Part shown: positions 58,427 to 64,000 of the stretch, in pieces
Numbering within the stretch: position 1 is the stretch's first letter
Layout of the letters: every line of letters begins with the position of its first letter
Assembly (NCBI GenBank): GCA_973895155.1
Contig: OZ316897.1
Location: forward strand, 19,471,224 to 19,535,223
Origin: Marsupella aquatica
Taxonomy: Eukaryota; Plantae; Marchantiophyta
Direction of reading: 5' to 3'
DNA: 64,000 nucleotides
Position numbers and translations under genes: made by a program
Notes under the pieces: model-generated
Told to the model about the DNA's origin: nothing
What the model saw: the letters and a program-made list of their open reading frames with translations, nothing else
Database searches by the model: none

Positions 58427-61420
58427 ATGACTGACCTTACGCCGAGGGAAGAAAGAGTGATTCAACGGGAGAGAGCTCGACTGCAGCAGCTCGTCGGGTG
58501 GCATGATACACAGCGACTGAGAGGGGCAGAAAGAGCTGGTAGCTCCGAAACTGGAAGTGGCGTCGAAGAAGACATACCAGAAGAAGAGTCGGTAAGGAGA
58601 AGTGAGTCTCCAACCGACATGGGGGAACCAGAGGCACGGCCAGACGAGAGGCCAGGGACCAGATTGAGCCAGCGGTCGCGCATACATTACAAGGCATTTC
58701 ATGGGAGAGGAGATGAGGATCCGGACGAATGGTTGGATGATTTCGAGGGAACCGCTGCAGCAAATGGAGAATCGGCCATCAAGATGCAGATTCTTCCCGG
58801 CCTGTTCAAGGGTGAGGCTAGGCCTTGGTACAGAGCATTAGATGTGGAAGATCAAGCCATCTGGGATATCTTCAAAACACTCTTTGTTAAGGAGTTTCGA
58901 CCCATTGGAACTTCAGAACTAGCGGTGCTGAAGTTGGGACAACTTCGGTTCAAGGAGAACAAATCCTTCAGGAAGTTCTTGCAACGCTTTCAGAAACTGG
59001 TAAGACGTACAAAGACCAATGCATATGAAGGTATGCAACTTCAATGGTTGGTGAATGCTTTGCCACAGAAGATGAGTTTTGCAATTAGGAAGGAGAACCC
59101 GGAGACTTTAGCCGAAGCAATTAAGGATATTCAATTATACATTAATGCAGATATCACAAGCCGGAAGAAACAGCTTAAGTCTGAGAGTTCCTCATCAGAG
59201 GAGGGATCACCCCATAAGAAAAAAGATAAGAAGAAGAAACATCCCAAGAAGTCTAGAAGTGATAAGTCAAGCTCGGATAGTGGGAGTAGCAAGAGTGAGT
59301 CATCTTCTAGTTCTGAAGAAGAAAAAACTAGGAAAAGGAAGGGCAGAAGGAGAGGGAAGACGAAAGTCAAGATGGAGGCTAAGCCACCAGATAACATCGT
59401 AGCCCTTACCGAGCAACTTAAGGCTATCATTGCAGAGGTAAAACCAAAGAAGAAGGTAGTACAGGAGGATAGCTCTGTATGGTGTGCCTTATGTTATAAA
59501 ACCGGACACTATAAAGATGCGTGTCCTAAGCTTAATACTAATCATGTTCGGCATGTGGCCGAGATCAGACCATGTCAGGGAGAAGTAGAGTACTTTTTGG
59601 GAGATGCCGCTGATAGTGTTTTCGGCATCAGTGAGACTGGAGCACGAGACCTATCCAACAAACCTGCATCTCTGTGGTCAGGGTTAAGGAACAATCCAGG
59701 AGAGATGTATCCTCGGATTATTCAGAACCCGTCAGTACCTCCTAGGCCGAATGTGCAAAGATTTGCGGCGTGCTATAATTGTGGTCAACCTGGCCATTTT
59801 GCTAGAGAATGCCCGAATGCACGCAAACAGGGTGATGGACAACCAGCTCAGCTATGTATGGGATACCGACAGGAAGGTCATATGCTAGGGCAATGTCCTA
59901 CTTGGTTGGCAGGCCTGGCCGCAAATCATAAGCTTTTGCCGATCAAGATCTTACCGCCAGGTACTACCCCCGGAGGAGTTCAAATCAACCACATTGAACT
60001 AGGATGGCAAGAGGATGCCGAGGCAGAGTTCGTACCATCTGATGATGAGGCCGAAGCCCTATCAACCTTCTCAGAGGAGGATTTAGATCATGATTGCTAC
60101 CGGGTCTCTACTCGATCTACCAGAAGGAAGGAAAGGTGGGATGGGCTGGCCAAAAATAAAGGGAAGGTTACGGAGGAAAGGATCGACTCTTCGTCAACAT
60201 CAACAGAAGGAGAAGGGAGGGCTCCGGCAATACAGGTAAGCCATGAGCCCACCAGTGAAACCAATCCTTCACAAGATAGCGACTTCAATCGAGATCATCC
60301 TAAGTTGTTCTACCCCTCTGTTACGGCTAGTGTTAAGGAACAACTAAGAGAATTAGAAACCCTGGAGAATACCGAAGCCATTGCCAAGGATGTAAAACGA
60401 GCAAAAGCATTGTTTGCTTCGGAAGACCCAACAGCTGTGGAGACTAGCATGGCAAAACTGGCCGAATCCAAGACGGAAACACCACCAGAAGAGAAGCCGA
60501 TTGTTCCCTATGACCTGGCTAAAGATGTACTAGAATCTAGAGTCTCGGCAACAGTAGGTCAACTATTGAAAAATAGCCCGTACTTCCGGAAGCAATTAAG
60601 GAAGGCTATTCTCGGCAAGCCGAGATTACCCAAGGTAGCAACCAGATCCGACGTACTAATGATAGAAGAAGATCAAGGAGCCCCAGCATTACCATTAATG
60701 ATTCAAGGAGAATTATTACTACGGGTACCCATCGATGGAGGATCGGGGGTATGTATTATGATTGATTCAACAGCAAAAGGGTGGGGTCTAACACCGGAGA
60801 TGACTGGAAGAGTGTTGAACATGGCCAATGGATATCAGGTCATTCCGACGGGAGTGTTAACCGGCATCAAGACAGAGATAGGAGGTATCTTCTTTAGCAT
60901 TAACTATGTAGTAATGAAGCCGGTAAATCCTACGTCATTCCGGCTATTGATTGGTAGGCCATGGCTGTACCTAGCCGAGGTAATAGAAGATTGGGGTAAA
61001 AAGCAGTTCACTTTCGGGACCCCCTCTATCACGGTATCCTGGGACACTAAGGATGACCGTAGGAAAAGCATAAGGGAAGTAGATGGGTACGACAGTGGAC
61101 TGGAGTCAGCCGATGAAGTACGTTGGTTAGAATGCCTCACTAACCTAACCGAAGAAGGTGTCTTTGGACCAGAGGTACCCCCCAGCGGATTATGGCAAGA
61201 ACCAATGGAAGGTGACTTGGAAAAAGAAGACGAAGAGGTCGAGGACTGCTTTACAATAGAATCCACCTTTTTAGCTGCAATTCCAGAGGAAGTAAAGGAT
61301 GTAGACCAATTGGATGAAACGGCTAAGTGGGGAGCAGTAGCAGGGACAGTGGATTTTCTGCAGGTGTTGTGGCAGAGCCGACGGGGTCCACAACGCCATC
61401 GATCATCGGCAAGGAATTAA
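58427..61420 (+). CDS. gag: Gag-protease polyprotein
   Basis: FHGRGDEDPDEWLDDF...GEARPWY capsid motifs; zinc knuckles CALCYKTGHYKDAC and CYNCGQPGHFAREC; aspartic protease PIDGGSG...LLIGRPWL. Confidence 0.93.
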   Translation: MTDLTPREERVIQRERARLQQLVGWHDTQRLRGAERAGSSETGSGVEEDIPEEESVRRSESPTDMGEPEARPDERPGTRLSQRSRIHYKAFHGRGDEDPDEWLDDFEGTAAANGESAIKMQILPGLFKGEARPWYRALDVEDQAIWDIFKTLFVKEFRPIGTSELAVLKLGQLRFKENKSFRKFLQRFQKLVRRTKTNAYEGMQLQWLVNALPQKMSFAIRKENPETLAEAIKDIQLYINADITSRKKQLKSESSSSEEGSPHKKKDKKKKHPKKSRSDKSSSDSGSSKSESSSSSEEEKTRKRKGRRRGKTKVKMEAKPPDNIVALTEQLKAIIAEVKPKKKVVQEDSSVWCALCYKTGHYKDACPKLNTNHVRHVAEIRPCQGEVEYFLGDAADSVFGISETGARDLSNKPASLWSGLRNNPGEMYPRIIQNPSVPPRPNVQRFAACYNCGQPGHFARECPNARKQGDGQPAQLCMGYRQEGHMLGQCPTWLAGLAANHKLLPIKILPPGTTPGGVQINHIELGWQEDAEAEFVPSDDEAEALSTFSEEDLDHDCYRVSTRSTRRKERWDGLAKNKGKVTEERIDSSSTSTEGEGRAPAIQVSHEPTSETNPSQDSDFNRDHPKLFYPSVTASVKEQLRELETLENTEAIAKDVKRAKALFASEDPTAVETSMAKLAESKTETPPEEKPIVPYDLAKDVLESRVSATVGQLLKNSPYFRKQLRKAILGKPRLPKVATRSDVLMIEEDQGAPALPLMIQGELLLRVPIDGGSGVCIMIDSTAKGWGLTPEMTGRVLNMANGYQVIPTGVLTGIKTEIGGIFFSINYVVMKPVNPTSFRLLIGRPWLYLAEVIEDWGKKQFTFGTPSITVSWDTKDDRRKSIREVDGYDSGLESADEVRWLECLTNLTEEGVFGPEVPPSGLWQEPMEGDLEKEDEEVEDCFTIESTFLAAIPEEVKDVDQLDETAKWGAVAGTVDFLQVLWQSRRGPQRHRSSARN

Positions 61421-63513
61421 ATACCAAGGGATCGGCATACAAGCCGATTACGAGGGCAAAACAAATTGAGGCCCTATTAGAAGCCGAGAGAGCACAGCGG
61501 CCTAACTCTCAGGAGCAAGAGGTGGATGAGATGGACAGACACGATCTAGAGCCAAGGCAGGAAGGGGAGCCGACCACTAATTCAAAACCGAATAGACCGG
61601 TAAGGGGACAATCTATGGACACCAAGGAAGGGACCGACTCGGCTAGTCCAGCCGAAATCCCAGTTTATGGAGGTATGAGATTAGAGAGACTGGAAGCCGA
61701 ACTGGACCCGAATTTGAAGAAGCAGATTAATATGATCCAAGCACGGCAATATCGGAAGCTCGACTTAGGAGAGGGAAGAGAACTGAACTTAGGGAGAAAC
61801 CTAGCACCTGAGCTCGAGAAAGAGATCAGTGACTTATTGATTGAATTTCAGGATGTGTTTGCATGGAGTCACCAAGATCTAAAGGGAGTAGATCCACCAC
61901 TAGGGGAACATCGAATTGATCTCATGTTAGGAGCCAAATCATTTCGACAACCAATTCGAAGGATGAACCCGAAGTATTCCCTGCTGGTCAAAACAGAAAT
62001 CGACAAACTAGTGGAAGCTGGATTCATCACTCCAGTCCTGCATTCAGACTGGGTGTCTCCAATTGTGATAGTTCCCAAGAAAGCTGGACCCGATGGTAAA
62101 CCCAAGATCCGGGTTTGTCAGGATTACAGGAAGCTGAATGAAGCAACATTAAAAGACCATTTTCCTTTACCGTTTACTGATATGGTACTAGACATGGTAG
62201 CCAGTCATGAACTATATTCATTCATGGATGGATACTCTGGTTATAACCAAATCAGGATTCGGCAGGAAGACCAAATCAAGACGGCCTTCATCACGGAATG
62301 GGGGATCTATGTCTTCAATCGTATGCCGTTTGGACTCTGCAACGCACCAGCTATGTTCCAACGATTAATGGTGAACATTTTTCATGATTACTTGAGAAAG
62401 TTCATGGAAATCTTCATTGATGACTTTGCAGTATTCGGGAAGGCATCGAAACATGCTAAATACCTCAGGAAAACCTTCATGAGATGTAGAGAGGTGGGTC
62501 TCAAGTTACACCCAGATAAATGTTTTTTTGCAGTAACCGAGGGGGTGCTACTAGGTCACAAGGTATCAAGGAAGGGCATTGAGATTGACAAAGGTAAGCT
62601 AGCAGTATGGCTAGATATCATGCAACCTAAGAACATAAAGGATGTAAGATCCTTCTTGGGATGCATTGGTTACTATCGCCGGTTCATCAAGGATTTTGCC
62701 AAGCTAGCTTTACCATTAACCAATATGCTCAAGGCAGGAGCAGACTTCGAACCCACACCCGAACGAGTCACAGCGGTGGTAGAATTGAAGCAGATGTTAG
62801 TAGAGGCCCCAGTCATGATAGCACCGGACTGGAACAAAGATTTTCATGTTTTTGTAGATGTCTCGGGCTTCTGTATTGGCTCAGTACTAAGTCAGTTGGA
62901 TGAGAAAGGAAGGGACCATCCCATATACTTCGCAAGCCGTCAGCTTGCCGATGCCGAACGGAACTACTCTACCACGGAAAGAGAAGCATTAGGAGTCATT
63001 TATTCTTGTAAAAAGTTTAGGCATTATTTACTAGGGTACAAGGTAATCTTTCATACTGATCATGAAAGTTTGAAGTACCTAGTCAATAAGCCGGACCTTA
63101 CAGGCAGAGTAGCAAGATGGATTTTTCTATTACAGGAGTTTGACTATGAGCTGAGGATCAAGCCGGGAAAGTTACATGCCAATGCCAACTTCTTTTCAAG
63201 GATCACAGGTAAACCTGCCACGGATTGCATCGATGATCGATTCCCCGACGAGGAGCTATTCGTTGTGGAAATAGCTGGTACATGGTACCCTGAGATTTTA
63301 CAATTTCTCAGCACTTCCAGATTACAGCCAGGATTAAGCCGAGAGCAAGCCGCAGTCTTTGTGCGGAAGGTCAGACAGTATCAGTGCATTAAAGGCATAC
63401 TGCACAAGCATGGAATCAACGGCACGATTCAAAGATGTTTGGAAAAGAGAGAGGTAAAACGAGTCCTACGGGCCATGCATGGAGAGGAGGCCGGAGGACA
63501 TTTTCCCCAGTAA
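61351..63513 (+). CDS. pol: Pol (RT, RNase H, start of integrase) in the -1 frame relative to gag-PR
   Basis: WVSPIVIVPKK, DYRKLN, MDGYSGYNQI, MPFGLCNAP, FIDDF, FVDVSG, NYSTTEREAL, TDHESL; integrase H..GGH at the end. Confidence 0.93.
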   Translation, partial: GFSAGVVAEPTGSTTPSIIGKELNTKGSAYKPITRAKQIEALLEAERAQRPNSQEQEVDEMDRHDLEPRQEGEPTTNSKPNRPVRGQSMDTKEGTDSASPAEIPVYGGMRLERLEAELDPNLKKQINMIQARQYRKLDLGEGRELNLGRNLAPELEKEISDLLIEFQDVFAWSHQDLKGVDPPLGEHRIDLMLGAKSFRQPIRRMNPKYSLLVKTEIDKLVEAGFITPVLHSDWVSPIVIVPKKAGPDGKPKIRVCQDYRKLNEATLKDHFPLPFTDMVLDMVASHELYSFMDGYSGYNQIRIRQEDQIKTAFITEWGIYVFNRMPFGLCNAPAMFQRLMVNIFHDYLRKFMEIFIDDFAVFGKASKHAKYLRKTFMRCREVGLKLHPDKCFFAVTEGVLLGHKVSRKGIEIDKGKLAVWLDIMQPKNIKDVRSFLGCIGYYRRFIKDFAKLALPLTNMLKAGADFEPTPERVTAVVELKQMLVEAPVMIAPDWNKDFHVFVDVSGFCIGSVLSQLDEKGRDHPIYFASRQLADAERNYSTTEREALGVIYSCKKFRHYLLGYKVIFHTDHESLKYLVNKPDLTGRVARWIFLLQEFDYELRIKPGKLHANANFFSRITGKPATDCIDDRFPDEELFVVEIAGTWYPEILQFLSTSRLQPGLSREQAAVFVRKVRQYQCIKGILHKHGINGTIQRCLEKREVKRVLRAMHGEEAGGHFPQ

Positions 63514-64000
63514 CCACGTCTAAGAAGATATTAAATGCCGGTTACTGGTGGCCCACCTTGCACAAAGATGTCTATCAGTTTATCAAACAATGCGATCCTT
63601 GTCAACGAGCGGGAGGACCAAGGGCGTCCACCAGGCATCCACTGCACCCTATTCTACCTCTGGCACCATTCGAGAAGTGGGGTATTGATTACATTGGACC
63701 TCTGAAACCACTGACCCACCCTCGACGGAACAAGTACATTATCCTGGCTACGGATTATGCAACTAAATGGGTAGAGGCCAGACCAACAACGAAGGATGAT
63801 GCAATTACTACGGCTAGATTCATGTATGAGCAGATCTTCACCAGGTATGGAGCACCCCTAGAATTAGTTAGTGATAGAGGAACCCATTTTTTGAATGATA
63901 TAATTAGTCATTTAAATGAGCAGTATTTAGTTAAACATAGGCCTACTACTCCCTACCATCCAAAGGCAAACGGGTTGACAGAACGAGCAAACAAAATCAT
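63510..64000 (+). CDS. Integrase continuation after a 1-nt frameshift (partial, window end)
   Basis: KKILNAGYWWPTLHKDV...CDPCQR...FEKWGIDYIGP...TDYATKWVEA...SDRGTHF...YHPKANGLTERANK. Confidence 0.88.

Larger units (their letters stand above)
53650..64000 (+). mobile_element. Ty3/Gypsy LTR retrotransposon (probably non-chromovirus, Athila/Tat-related), runs off the window end
   Basis: Abrupt AT-to-GC shift at TGTGATGC (53650); LTR end GCACCACA (58357); PBS; gag-PR; RT-RH-INT domain order of Ty3/Gypsy. Confidence 0.9.

Noticed and set aside
54130-62903. Numerous short antisense and alternative-frame ORFs within the Gypsy element
   Set aside because: Shadows of the long purine-rich sense ORFs, with no independent evidence.

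Overview
Eukaryotic, land-plant nuclear DNA; the gene and transposon content suggests a bryophyte, possibly a liverwort (inference only). The left 25 kb is gene-rich: a nuclear-encoded mitochondrial ribosomal protein L14, a RUP/COP1-like WD40 gene, a two-exon DUF599 gene and a double stress-responsive A/B-barrel (Dabb) gene. These are interspersed with Copia, CRE and L1 remnants, a foldback MITE and a U6 snRNA retrocopy flanked by a target-site duplication. The right 37 kb is mostly mobile DNA. It holds a decayed PIF/Harbinger element, an apparently intact ~11.6-kb DDD transposon (Sola2-like, three-exon ~1086-aa transposase) with a convergent multi-exon RING-finger cargo gene and palindromic AAGGAC arrays, a truncated Dabb duplicate fused to an L1 end, an agglutinin-domain gene, a MuDR remnant, and a young Ty3/Gypsy element running off the window end. 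Main highlights: (1) the Gypsy 5' LTR appears to be ~4.7 kb and to contain a ~1220-codon reading frame; (2) a slippery heptamer plus pseudoknot (-1 frameshift signal) lies between protease and RT; (3) the LTR-borne protein and the DNA-transposon cargo protein appear to share a domain.
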